Of a stretch of 64,000 nt of DNA, positions 1 through 8,956 are shown in pieces. Position 1 is the first letter of the stretch. Each line of letters starts with the position of its first letter. The position numbers were made by a program, and so were the translations under genes. The DNA is from Myxococcota bacterium. Lineage in GTDB: Bacteria; UBA10199; JADFYH01. The stretch is taken from NCBI GenBank assembly GCA_052034865.1, contig JBPOIC010000027.1, positions 9,923 through 73,922 of the forward strand, in the 5' to 3' direction. The notes under the pieces are model-generated. The model was not told the origin of the DNA and did not search any database. It saw only the letters and a program-made list of their open reading frames with translations.

Positions 1-694
1 GGGTCGAGTTCATCTCCAGCTTCGAAATACGGGCTTCCTCGACCCACTTCTGAAATTCCTCGCGAATCATTTCCTTCATTTTAAGCTCCCGCTCGATTTT
101 TCGAATCTTTAAAAAAGCAGGCAGGGTGGGAGGGTCGAAGACGTGGACTAAGTGTACGGAAGCGGAAAAAATGCGCGCCAAAAAAAGTCCAAGGTTAAAG
201 CCTGGGCGCGAATGCTCTGATAAATCAGTGAGGATGAAAATTTTTTTAAGGGGTGTGAATTCTTTTTTGACGACCCAAACTGGCCATTCAGATTTACGTA
301 AAATATTTTCGGCTACCGATCCGAGCAAAACACGGTACAGCTCGCCTTTTTCATGGCCACCCATAAACAAGAAATTCGATTTGAGCTGGCGTGCCGTTCG
401 GATGACTTCCAGGAAGGGGGAACCGGACTTGATGAAAGCTGAAACCTCCTGATCGTCCCTTTTAAGTGCGTGAATCTGAGATAAAAGTTCTTCAGAAGTT
501 TCTCTCTCGATTTGCTGGATGAAATCGACAGCGGCAGGTCCGTAAAAATGCCCTTCGAAAGGAGTTTGGGAAACGACGTGCAGGGCCGATACCCGCGCCC
601 TCACTTTTTCGGCCAAAGCAAAGGCCGCTTTCAGGGCTTCAATTGAAAGAGGAGAAAAATCAACGGCACAGAGGATGCGTTCAATCGGTTTCAT
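1..694 (-). CDS. universal stress protein (tandem UspA domains); C-terminal end runs off the window
   Basis: Not in the ORF track because there is no stop in the window. My translation from ATG at 694-692 reads MKPIERILCAVDFSPLSIEALKAAFALAEKV...FLFMGGHEKGELYRVLLGSVAENILRKSEWPVWVVKK, then a second Usp-like repeat KKIFILTDLSEHS... An AAGGA RBS lies upstream. Confidence 0.75.
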   Translation of the reverse strand, partial: MKPIERILCAVDFSPLSIEALKAAFALAEKVRARVSALHVVSQTPFEGHFYGPAAVDFIQQIERETSEELLSQIHALKRDDQEVSAFIKSGSPFLEVIRTARQLKSNFLFMGGHEKGELYRVLLGSVAENILRKSEWPVWVVKKEFTPLKKIFILTDLSEHSRPGFNLGLFLARIFSASVHLVHVFDPPTLPAFLKIRKIERELKMKEMIREEFQKWVEEARISKLEMNST

Positions 695-821
695 AAGTAA
701 AAATCCTTGCTCTTTAGTGTTGCCTGATTTGTTGTTTCAAGAGCTACTCCGCCCTTCACATTCCTGAGAATAAACTTCAGAAAAATAAAAGTCGAAAGGG
801 CAAATTTGATTTTTTGGTTTT

Positions 822-1394
822 TTACTTTCGAAACAAGGGGACTGGAGGAAGAGTTGGCCGCTGGGAAGTTTCCGGTACTTTTTTCTGAAGTGCTTCCTGA
901 TAAAGATTTTGCAGTTTGAAAAATTCCTCATCCAGCAGATGGGATTTAAACTCCTCATAACTCCACGGAAGAGTCTGGCATTTTCCCTTCATGAACAAAA
1001 CCTGCATTTCCAGATAAACCCCGTCTGAATGATAAAGTCTTTGGGGAGCCGGATGGGTTGAGGTGAAGACAAGTTTGTAAAGATCTAAAATTCCCACATT
1101 CAGATCCACCCTTCTTTTTCCCTGGGATAAAAACCGTGCTTCCAGATCGGACGCGGCATTTTTGATTGAAGCGATTTGGCCAGGATCAACCAGGTGAGAA
1201 AAAGAGATCCAGCCACGAAGCAGCGGTGGACCTGCCTCTTCAAAAAAAGGTGTTTTTTGTGCGTATGGATTCAAGGCCCCTTCAAAATCGATTTTTCCCC
1301 AGCGTCGAATCGCGAGTTCTTTAATCTCTTCGCGCTGAAGATCGTCACGACAGGTAATTGCCAGGATCAGCTTGACAGGTTTTGGCAGGGCCAT
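822..1394 (-). CDS. DUF4416 family protein
   Basis: 190-aa ORF. PVKLI start, RRVDLNVGILDLYKLVFTS...RLYHSDGVYLEMQVLF.KG...LPWSYEEF follows the DUF4416 pattern I recall from Geobacter-type proteins. Confidence 0.65.
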   Translation of the reverse strand: MALPKPVKLILAITCRDDLQREEIKELAIRRWGKIDFEGALNPYAQKTPFFEEAGPPLLRGWISFSHLVDPGQIASIKNAASDLEARFLSQGKRRVDLNVGILDLYKLVFTSTHPAPQRLYHSDGVYLEMQVLFMKGKCQTLPWSYEEFKSHLLDEEFFKLQNLYQEALQKKVPETSQRPTLPPVPLFRK

Positions 1395-1545
1395 GGGATT
1401 TCCTTTTTCAACTCGATAAATTTAAAAGTAGCAGTTGTGTGCTAAAACAGCACCTTTCTTATTTTATGAGGAAGAAAGACCTATCTTTTTTGCAGGGGTG
1501 AATTTCTTTGTACAAAAAGGACAAAAAATCTTCATCCTTGATGGG

Positions 1546-2928
1546 TTATTTCTTTCCCAACTCCTCGTACAGATACACGGCCGAGTGCATGCCCTTTTTC
1601 CAATCACTCATCGAAAGACTTTCATTTTCTCCGTGCGCATTCGTCGCAGGATCTTCAATTCCAATGAGGAGGGCGGGAATGTTACCAAAGACCTCAGCAA
1701 TCGGTTTGACGAAGGGGATGGAAGCTCCACAGCCAATAAACACGGGCGGGCGCCCAAAACCCTTTTCAAGAGCGCGTACGGCCGCCTGAAAAGCAGGAGA
1801 ATTGGGTTGCGTAATCCACGGGCTTCCCGCCGCCCCTGGAACCACGTGCACCTTTGCACCCCATGGCGGGTTTTGTTCTAAAAACGCACACAACATCTTC
1901 AGACATTTTTGGGGATTTTGGCCGCTGACAATTCGAAGCGAGATTTTTGCACGGGCCCATTCAACGATCTTGTTGCTGGTTTCCTGAACTGAAGGGGCAT
2001 CGATTCCTAAAATCGCCAATGCAGGCTGACACCAAAGTCTTTGATAAATACTTAAATGGGGATCTCCCGCGAATTGAAGAGAATCAACACTTCCAAGCTC
2101 GGCTCTAAAACGCTTCTCTTCGAAAGGCAGCCGCGCAAATTGCTCTTTTTCCCAAGGATTGGGCTCGGGCACCTCCTCATAAAAACCAGGAATGGCGATA
2201 AGACCTTCGGGAGTAAGTAGGCGGGAGAGAATCTGATTTAAAGCCGTCAAGGCATCGATCGTCGGCCCTCCCCAAAGCCCACTGTGGACGGGATGATCGA
2301 GCATGCGTACCTCGACGATTGCATCCACCAGACCGCGCAGGCGATAGGTGATGGAAGGCAATCCTTCTTCCAGATTGGAGGTGTCGGTGAGCACAATCAC
2401 ATCCGAGGTCAGCTTTTCCTGATAGTGTTTTAAAAATTCTCCCAGATGCTCACTGCCCGTTTCTTCTTCTCCTTCGACAATGAAGCGGACATTGATGGGA
2501 AGATGACCCAGGGTTTTCAGATATGCCTCAACCGCAGCGATGTGCATCATCACTCCTGCCTTATCATCCGCCACACCCCGCCCATACAAACGTCCATCTG
2601 ATCTTAAGGCAGGCTCAAAGACTGGAGTTTTCCAGAGATCCGGCCGACCTCCAGGCTGAACATCGTGATGACCATACAAAAGAGCCGTCGGTTGATGGGA
2701 AGCATGCAGCCAATCACCATAGACATAAGGGTGTGCTCCAGGAATTTTTAGAATCTCGACGTTTTCAAGCCCGGCCTTTCGCATCCGCTGGGCTGTCCAT
2801 TCGGCCGACTTCATGACGGGCTCTTCAGGAAATCCTTCAAAGCTGACACTCGGAATACGGGCATAGTCGATGAGATCTTGAGTCAAATGAGAAAAATGAC
2901 TGTCGAGATATTGAATGACGGGCTTCAT
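1546..2928 (-). CDS. M20/M25/M40 family metallopeptidase (dipeptidase-like)
   Basis: LLYGHHDVQP and GRGVADDKAG motifs. I prefer the ATG at 2928 (MKPVIQYLD), preceded by AGGAG, over the GTG at 2946 in the track. Confidence 0.85.
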   Translation of the reverse strand: MKPVIQYLDSHFSHLTQDLIDYARIPSVSFEGFPEEPVMKSAEWTAQRMRKAGLENVEILKIPGAHPYVYGDWLHASHQPTALLYGHHDVQPGGRPDLWKTPVFEPALRSDGRLYGRGVADDKAGVMMHIAAVEAYLKTLGHLPINVRFIVEGEEETGSEHLGEFLKHYQEKLTSDVIVLTDTSNLEEGLPSITYRLRGLVDAIVEVRMLDHPVHSGLWGGPTIDALTALNQILSRLLTPEGLIAIPGFYEEVPEPNPWEKEQFARLPFEEKRFRAELGSVDSLQFAGDPHLSIYQRLWCQPALAILGIDAPSVQETSNKIVEWARAKISLRIVSGQNPQKCLKMLCAFLEQNPPWGAKVHVVPGAAGSPWITQPNSPAFQAAVRALEKGFGRPPVFIGCGASIPFVKPIAEVFGNIPALLIGIEDPATNAHGENESLSMSDWKKGMHSAVYLYEELGKK

Positions 2929-3130
2929 AAACACTCCTGTCTCCACCTGGGGCGGTAGGGGTTGAGGTTGGACGGAAAACAGACTGCTTAAAAATTAATT
3001 GGAGCAAATCAAAGAGGGAGTCAAATCCTCTCCAGACTCGAATTGGGCCTAAGATGGATGAGAGATCTTATGAATGAAGGTCTCGAAATAAACATGGAAA
3101 TTTTTAAAAAAAGCCCGCTATAAAACGGCC

Positions 3131-4183
3131 ATGCGAATTCTTGCCATCGAATCCTCCTGCGATGATCTGGCCGCCTGTGTTTTGGAAGGACCAGATAAAA
3201 TTTTATCGAGTAAAACGGCCTCTCAGGAAAAGCTCCACGCCCGCTTTGGCGGGATTGTGCCTGAGGTGGCATCGCGCGAGCATCTGTTGCAGATTTCTTC
3301 TCTGGTTGAAAAAACCCTGGCGGAACTTCCGGCCGATCAGCAAACCCTTGAGGGAGTTGCGGTGACACACGCTCCAGGACTTGTCGGCTCTTTGTTGGTA
3401 GGGCTCAATTTCGCAAAAGGTTTTGCCCTCGCGCGTGGGCTTCCTTTGATTGGCGTCAATCACCTCGAAGGTCATCTGATGAGCGCATTTTTAGAAGAGA
3501 GAAAACCGACCTTTCCTTTTTTGGGCCTGGTGGTTTCAGGCGGACACACCAGTCTTTATAGGGTGGAAGATATTGGAAAAAGAAAGCAGATTGGAAGTAC
3601 GGTCGACGATGCCGCGGGTGAGGCCTACGATAAGGTCGCGAAGATGTTGGGGCTGGGTTATCCTGGGGGACCCATCCTGGATCGACTGGCGGCTTTGGGT
3701 AATCCAAAGACTTACCCTTTCACTCTTCCACGGGTAAAACGCGGAAAATATTTTACGAGCTTTTCCGGCCTCAAAACGGCTGTTTTTGATTATATCGAGA
3801 GCGAAAAAATCGATGCGCTTTTAAAAGATCATCCAGTCGAAAAATGTCCAAAGGCCTTAAACCTCATCGCCTCATTTCAATACATTGTTGTTCGAATTCT
3901 GGAGCGCTTGCTCGTGCAGGCTTCGGAAGAATTTGGTTTGTCCCAGTGGGTCGTTGCCGGAGGAGTCGCCTGCAACCGGGCCTTACGCGAAACCTTGGGC
4001 AAAACGGCCGCCCGTAAAAACATCGAGCTTTTCATGCCCGCTCCAAAATTTTGCACCGATAACGCAGCGATGATTGCCTATGTGGGAGAAAAATATCTTT
4101 CGCGTGGCATTCACTCAGATTTCAATCTCAATGCCATTGCGAGTGAAACTCAACATGACCTTTCTGCATCCCACCGAGCTTAA
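3131..4183 (+). CDS. tsaD: tRNA N6-adenosine threonylcarbamoyltransferase
   Basis: MRILAIESSCDD..., GVNHLEGH, VVSGGHT: the Kae1/Gcp/TsaD family signature. Confidence 0.95.
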   Translation: MRILAIESSCDDLAACVLEGPDKILSSKTASQEKLHARFGGIVPEVASREHLLQISSLVEKTLAELPADQQTLEGVAVTHAPGLVGSLLVGLNFAKGFALARGLPLIGVNHLEGHLMSAFLEERKPTFPFLGLVVSGGHTSLYRVEDIGKRKQIGSTVDDAAGEAYDKVAKMLGLGYPGGPILDRLAALGNPKTYPFTLPRVKRGKYFTSFSGLKTAVFDYIESEKIDALLKDHPVEKCPKALNLIASFQYIVVRILERLLVQASEEFGLSQWVVAGGVACNRALRETLGKTAARKNIELFMPAPKFCTDNAAMIAYVGEKYLSRGIHSDFNLNAIASETQHDLSASHRA

Positions 4184-4994
4184 AAAACGCTATCCAATCT
4201 TGGCCAAAAAATCTTTGGGCCAGCATTTTTTGATCCATCGCCCCATCCTTGAGACGATGGCGAAAAAAATTCTCGAGTTTCATCCCAAAACTTTATTGGA
4301 AATCGGCCCGGGTCCAGCGGCCCTCACTCAACTTGTGGCCCCGCACGTCGCGCGCATGATTTTGGTCGAAAAAGATTCGCAGTTTGTTCCCGTTTTGCAG
4401 GAGCTCTTTGCAGAGAACCCTTCTGTTGAAATACACCTCCAGGATTTTCTAAAAACCGATCTACCCTCACTTTTATCTGCCGCTGATGCACCTGTGTTTG
4501 CGATTGGCAATTTGCCCTATAACGTCTCGGTTGCCATCCTCAAACACCTGCTGGATCAGCGTCATCTCTTTGCCCGTTTTTATCTCATGTTTCAGCGGGA
4601 GGTGGCCGATCGTTTGGTTGCCTTGCCCGATACCGATGCCTACGGATCGCTCAGTCTTTACTGCCAGATGCTCACCGAGGCGCGGATCATCCTGCCCATT
4701 CCCCCTTCTGCGTTTGATCCACGTCCGAAAGTCGACTCGGCCGTCGTTGAAATTATCCCGCTTCAAAAACCGCGTTTCGAGGTGGATCTTTCGCTGTTTG
4801 AAAAAATTGTGCAATCCGCGTTTGGTCAACGCCGTAAAACCTTAAGCAATGCCTTGCAGACAGGATTTTCAGGGAGATGGGATAAACATCGAATCTATCA
4901 TTTGCTGGATCAGGCCGGGATCGACCCCAAGCGCCGCGGTGAAACTCTCTCTTTAAAAGAATTTGCCCGGCTGACTGAAGTGGCAAAGGGGTGA
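4155..4994 (+). CDS. rsmA: 16S rRNA (adenine1518/1519-N6) dimethyltransferase
   Basis: KKSLGQHFL, EIGPGPAALT, GNLPYNVS motifs. The ATG at 4155 (MTFLHPTEL) is more plausible than the track start at 4074, which lies inside tsaD. Confidence 0.9.
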   Translation: MTFLHPTELKKRYPILAKKSLGQHFLIHRPILETMAKKILEFHPKTLLEIGPGPAALTQLVAPHVARMILVEKDSQFVPVLQELFAENPSVEIHLQDFLKTDLPSLLSAADAPVFAIGNLPYNVSVAILKHLLDQRHLFARFYLMFQREVADRLVALPDTDAYGSLSLYCQMLTEARIILPIPPSAFDPRPKVDSAVVEIIPLQKPRFEVDLSLFEKIVQSAFGQRRKTLSNALQTGFSGRWDKHRIYHLLDQAGIDPKRRGETLSLKEFARLTEVAKG

Positions 4995-5004
4995 GGGGGA
5001 GAAT

Positions 5005-5195
5005 GCAGAAGACAGAAGTCAGAAGTCAGGAGTCAGAAACAAAACCCTGAATCCAATTTTCTTGTAGGGGCAACTCATGGGTCGCTCGACGGAGATTTTG
5101 AGGCAAACTCGCCCGCACCGTCTTTGCGCGCGAAATGCAGTAAAGCGAAGCAATCCAGTGGGTTCAAGGTTTTCTTCTGAATTCTGGATTCTGAC
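5005..5195. repeat. dispersed intergenic repeat, copy 1, with imperfect ~37-nt terminal inverted repeats (MITE-like)
   Basis: Shares GCAGAAGACAgAAG..AAAACCCT..TTCTTGTAG..GTCTTTGCG..GAAGCGAAGCAATCCAGTGGgTTCAA with 10957-11085. The left arm GTCAGAAGTCAGGAGTCAGAAACAAAACCCTGAATCC is the imperfect reverse complement of the right arm GGGTTCAAGGTTTTCTTCTGAATTCTGGATTCTGAC. Confidence 0.7.
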
Positions 5196-5298
5196 CCCTG
5201 AATTATTTCAACCCATCATTCATCGCGCCTTTTCCCCTCTTCTCGCAGCCTAAATGCTGTAGACGCCTGAAAAACCTCATGTTACGGATTTATATCGT

Positions 5299-5949
5299 AT
5301 GACAACACCCTTCCGCTACGTGGCCATCGAAGGTCCCATTGGGGTAGGCAAAACTACCCTTTGCCAGCTTTTGTCTCAGGAATTCAATTTCCGGCTGGTG
5401 CTCGAAGAGGTCGAAGAAAACCCCTTTTTGTCCTCCTTCTATAAAGATCGAACCAAATTTGCCTTCCAGACCCAGATATACTTTTTACTCTCGCGCTATC
5501 GTCAGCAGCAAACCATGGTCCAGCAAGAGCTTTTTCACGAAGGCTTTGTTTCCGACTACATCTTTCCCAAAGACCGGATTTTTGCACACTTAAATCTTTC
5601 CGAAGAAGAGCTCTCGCTCTATGAGTCGGTTTACAGCCTGCTGGATGCGCGTATCCTAAAGCCCGATCTGGTCATTTTTCTGCAGGCCTCCATCGACGTT
5701 TTGAAAGAGCGCATCAAAAAACGTAATTTTGCTTATGAAAAAAATATCGATCTGGATTACTTAAAAGATCTGGTCCAGGCCTATAATCAGTTTTTCTTTA
5801 CGTATCATCAAACCCCGCTTTTGGTCGTGAATTGCTCCGAGCTCGATTACGTCACAAAACCCGAAGACTATCAGAACCTGCTACACGAGATTTTGCAGAT
5901 GAAGAAAAAAGGTCTGGAAAAACACTACATCTCCATCAGCAGCAGGTAG
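5299..5949 (+). CDS. deoxynucleoside kinase family protein
   Basis: P-loop IEGPIGVGKTT and dNK-family layout over 216 aa. Confidence 0.8.
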   Translation: MTTPFRYVAIEGPIGVGKTTLCQLLSQEFNFRLVLEEVEENPFLSSFYKDRTKFAFQTQIYFLLSRYRQQQTMVQQELFHEGFVSDYIFPKDRIFAHLNLSEEELSLYESVYSLLDARILKPDLVIFLQASIDVLKERIKKRNFAYEKNIDLDYLKDLVQAYNQFFFTYHQTPLLVVNCSELDYVTKPEDYQNLLHEILQMKKKGLEKHYISISSR

Positions 5950-6024
5950 GCCTGATCCGACTTCACCTTAAAGATCTGACAGGAATGCCCTTTGTTCCAA
6001 AAATTGAAAAAAGCAGGAGTTTTC

Positions 6025-6825
6025 ATGACGACCAAAATTACTCTTCCGCAGATCCAATCCCTTAAAAAAAACAAACAGAAGATCTCCATGCTGACGGCCT
6101 ACGATTACACGATGGCAAAAATTGTCGATCAGGCGGGCGTCGATATCGTTTTGGTCGGCGATTCTTTAGGGATGGTCATTCAGGGAAGGAAAAATACGTT
6201 GGGGGTTCGGCTGGAAGAGATGATCTATCACAGCCGCTGTGTTTCGCGAGCACTCACACGCGCGCACATGGTGTGCGATATGCCTTTTTTGAGCTATCAC
6301 GCCTCGATGGATGAAGCTGTGAAAAACTGTGGTCGTGTTCTTAAAGAGGGACACGCCGAGGCGGTAAAGCTGGAAGGCGGCGCCGAGCTTGCGCCGCTGA
6401 TCAAACGCCTCAACGACGCAGGCATTCCGGTGATGGGGCACATCGGTTTAAAACCCATGCATGTGCACCAGATGGGTGGCTATAAGATTCAGGGCCGTGA
6501 TGAAAAAAGTGAAAAACAGATTGTAAAAGATGCCCGGGCTTTGGAAAAAGCCGGTGTTTATGCATTGGTGTTGGAAGGAATTCCCGCCACCCTTGCTCAA
6601 AAAATTTCTAAAATTATAAAAATTCCCACCATCGGTATCGGCTCCGGTCCGCACTGCGACGGGCAGGTGCTGGTCATCTATGATTTGTTGGGGATGTATC
6701 AAGACATTCGCCCGAAGTTTGTTCGTCGCTACGCCGAGCTTCATCAAACCATTGGCGATGCCCTCCGGCAGTATGTCGCCGATGTTCAGGCAGGAAGTTT
6801 TCCAGGCGAGAAAGAGAGCTTTTAA
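6025..6825 (+). CDS. panB: 3-methyl-2-oxobutanoate hydroxymethyltransferase
   Basis: MLTAYDY, LVGDSLGMV, GHIGLKP motifs. ATG at 6025 follows AGGAG at 6014-6018. Confidence 0.95.
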   Translation: MTTKITLPQIQSLKKNKQKISMLTAYDYTMAKIVDQAGVDIVLVGDSLGMVIQGRKNTLGVRLEEMIYHSRCVSRALTRAHMVCDMPFLSYHASMDEAVKNCGRVLKEGHAEAVKLEGGAELAPLIKRLNDAGIPVMGHIGLKPMHVHQMGGYKIQGRDEKSEKQIVKDARALEKAGVYALVLEGIPATLAQKISKIIKIPTIGIGSGPHCDGQVLVIYDLLGMYQDIRPKFVRRYAELHQTIGDALRQYVADVQAGSFPGEKESF

Positions 6826-6828
6826 GCG

Positions 6829-7674
6829 ATGCAAATCCTACGCACCCTGGCTGAAATGAAGGCCCTCATTCATACCTGGAAAGACGATGATCAGCTGATC
6901 GGTTTGGTGCCGACGATGGGTTATCTCCACGAGGGGCATTTGGCCCTGGTCAAAAAAGCGCGCGAACATTCCGATCGCGTGATTGTGAGTATCTTTGTCA
7001 ATCCTACCCAGTTTGGACCGAATGAAGATTTTCAGCGCTACCCGCGCGATGAGGCAGGAGATCTGCAGAAGCTGAAGGATGCAAAAACCGATGCGGTTTT
7101 TCTTCCCACTCCCGATCAAATCTATCCTGCAGATTTTCAAACGACCGTTCATCTTTCCAAAATCACTTGCGGACTTTGCTCTATGACACGTCCCGGGCAC
7201 TTCGATGGAGTGGCAACCGTTGTGCTCAAGCTGTTTCATCTTGTCAAACCGGATGTCGCTGTATTTGGAGAGAAAGATTACCAGCAGCTCGCGATGATCC
7301 GGCAGATGGTGAAAGATCTGAATCTCGATCTTGAAATCCTGGGCGTTCCTACCTTGCGCACTCAGGAAGGTCTCGCTCTTTCCTCGCGTAACGCGTACCT
7401 GAGCGAGCGCGAAAAAGAGATCGCCCTGGTCCTTTCACAATCGATTGGGTTTGTGCAGCAGGAATACCGTCAGGGGATTAAAAACGTCTCCGAACTGAGC
7501 GCACGAGCTAAAAAACTTTTTGAAAATGAACCGCAGCTTTTCCTCGAATATCTGGAAATCGTGGATGCCAAGACCTTAGAGCCTCTTGCTGAAATCATTC
7601 AGCCAGCGCGTGTGATCATTGCTGCGCGCGTTGGAAAAACCCGTCTCATCGATAATGGACCCGTTCAACCATGA
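6829..7674 (+). CDS. panC: pantoate--beta-alanine ligase
   Basis: VPTMGYLHEGHLALV, VSIFVNPTQF. Lies 3 nt after panB. Confidence 0.95.
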   Translation: MQILRTLAEMKALIHTWKDDDQLIGLVPTMGYLHEGHLALVKKAREHSDRVIVSIFVNPTQFGPNEDFQRYPRDEAGDLQKLKDAKTDAVFLPTPDQIYPADFQTTVHLSKITCGLCSMTRPGHFDGVATVVLKLFHLVKPDVAVFGEKDYQQLAMIRQMVKDLNLDLEILGVPTLRTQEGLALSSRNAYLSEREKEIALVLSQSIGFVQQEYRQGIKNVSELSARAKKLFENEPQLFLEYLEIVDAKTLEPLAEIIQPARVIIAARVGKTRLIDNGPVQP

Positions 7675-8945
7675 AAATTTATCTTTCCAAATTTTTACTC
7701 CCCATCGCCAGTGATCCCATCGAAAATGCAGCCCTTGTGATAGAAGGAGACCGCATCCGCGCTAGCGGAAAAGCGGCCGATCTTTTGTCAGAATTTCCAC
7801 AGGCTGAAAAAATCGAGCTGGGAAATGCAGCTTTGCTTCCTGGACTTGTGAATGCGCATGCCCATCTGGAACTCGAAGACCTTCCTTCTTTTTTCTCCTC
7901 GGGTGATTGCGATTTTTCGGGTCAGCCGAATTTTATCCAGTGGTTAATCTCGCTTTCACGCTTTCAGGATCATCGCACCGCCGAAGACAAGCGGCGCTCC
8001 ATCCAGAATCGATTGGAGACGCTGCGCACATCGGGAGTCACAACGGTTGGCGATTGGACCACCTACGATGGTGCTCTCGCCTGTTATGAGAAAAGTGGAA
8101 TGCGAGTCGTAGTGTTTCCGGAAGTTCTCAATCTCAATCGCAAACTTTCCCAGGAGCGTTTTGAAGTGGCCTTAGGGATGATCGATGAAATTTCCGAGAA
8201 GGATAATCCTTCCCTTTTTTCTGGCCTGGCTCCTTATGCGCCCTACACCCTGTCTAAAAATCTTTTAAAAATATTTTTTCAGCACGTACGCCAGGGCCCT
8301 CTGCCGGTTCAAATCCACACCAGCGTTAGTTTTGCCGAGATGGAATTTTTCTACGATTCAAAAGGCGATATCGCAAACCTTCTTTTCCCGCATGTTGGTT
8401 GGCAGGATCAGCTCCCGCCCCCGCATCAGAAAACTCCGATTCAATATCTTTCTTCCATCGAATTTTTACAGGCTCGCCCGGCCCTGGTTGGATGTTTGCA
8501 TTTGGGACCTACCGATCTGGCCCTCATTGAAAAATCCGGCTCTTCCATCGTGTATTGTCCGCGCTTTCAGGAAATCGTCCAGCAGGGGCGCATGCCCATC
8601 CGTCGCATTCTTTCACACAAAATTCCGGTGGGACTGGGAAGTGAATATGCCCTGGGACCTTCCAACACGACTCTGTGGGAAGAAATGCGCGCCGCCCACG
8701 AGGCACACAAACAAAAAGAGGAACCGCTCACGCCGCGGGAAATCTTGCGCATGGCCACCTGGGGCGGGGCTTACAACCTGGGGTTAGAAAAACAGATCGG
8801 CACACTCGAGAAAGGCAAGTTGGCAGATTTTATTGTCGTGAATCATTTAGAAAACGCTTCGCTTTCTACACTCGAAGAAGATCTCGTTTTGCGCTCTTCA
8901 GCCGAGTCGGTGCGTGAGGTGGTCGTGGGGGGAGTGAAGAAATAG
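7671..8945 (+). CDS. amidohydrolase family protein (chlorohydrolase / aminofutalosine deaminase-like)
   Basis: LLPGLVNAHAHLEL metal-binding HxH motif. Overlaps the panC stop by 4 nt. Confidence 0.75.
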   Translation: MKIYLSKFLLPIASDPIENAALVIEGDRIRASGKAADLLSEFPQAEKIELGNAALLPGLVNAHAHLELEDLPSFFSSGDCDFSGQPNFIQWLISLSRFQDHRTAEDKRRSIQNRLETLRTSGVTTVGDWTTYDGALACYEKSGMRVVVFPEVLNLNRKLSQERFEVALGMIDEISEKDNPSLFSGLAPYAPYTLSKNLLKIFFQHVRQGPLPVQIHTSVSFAEMEFFYDSKGDIANLLFPHVGWQDQLPPPHQKTPIQYLSSIEFLQARPALVGCLHLGPTDLALIEKSGSSIVYCPRFQEIVQQGRMPIRRILSHKIPVGLGSEYALGPSNTTLWEEMRAAHEAHKQKEEPLTPREILRMATWGGAYNLGLEKQIGTLEKGKLADFIVVNHLENASLSTLEEDLVLRSSAESVREVVVGGVKK

Positions 8946-8956
8946 GAACGAAAATT

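Noticed and set aside
126-452. 108-aa plus-strand ORF
   Set aside because: It is antisense to a well-supported UspA-family gene that fills 1-694 on the minus strand.
6448-7239. 128-aa and 133-aa minus-strand ORFs
   Set aside because: They are antisense to panB and panC.
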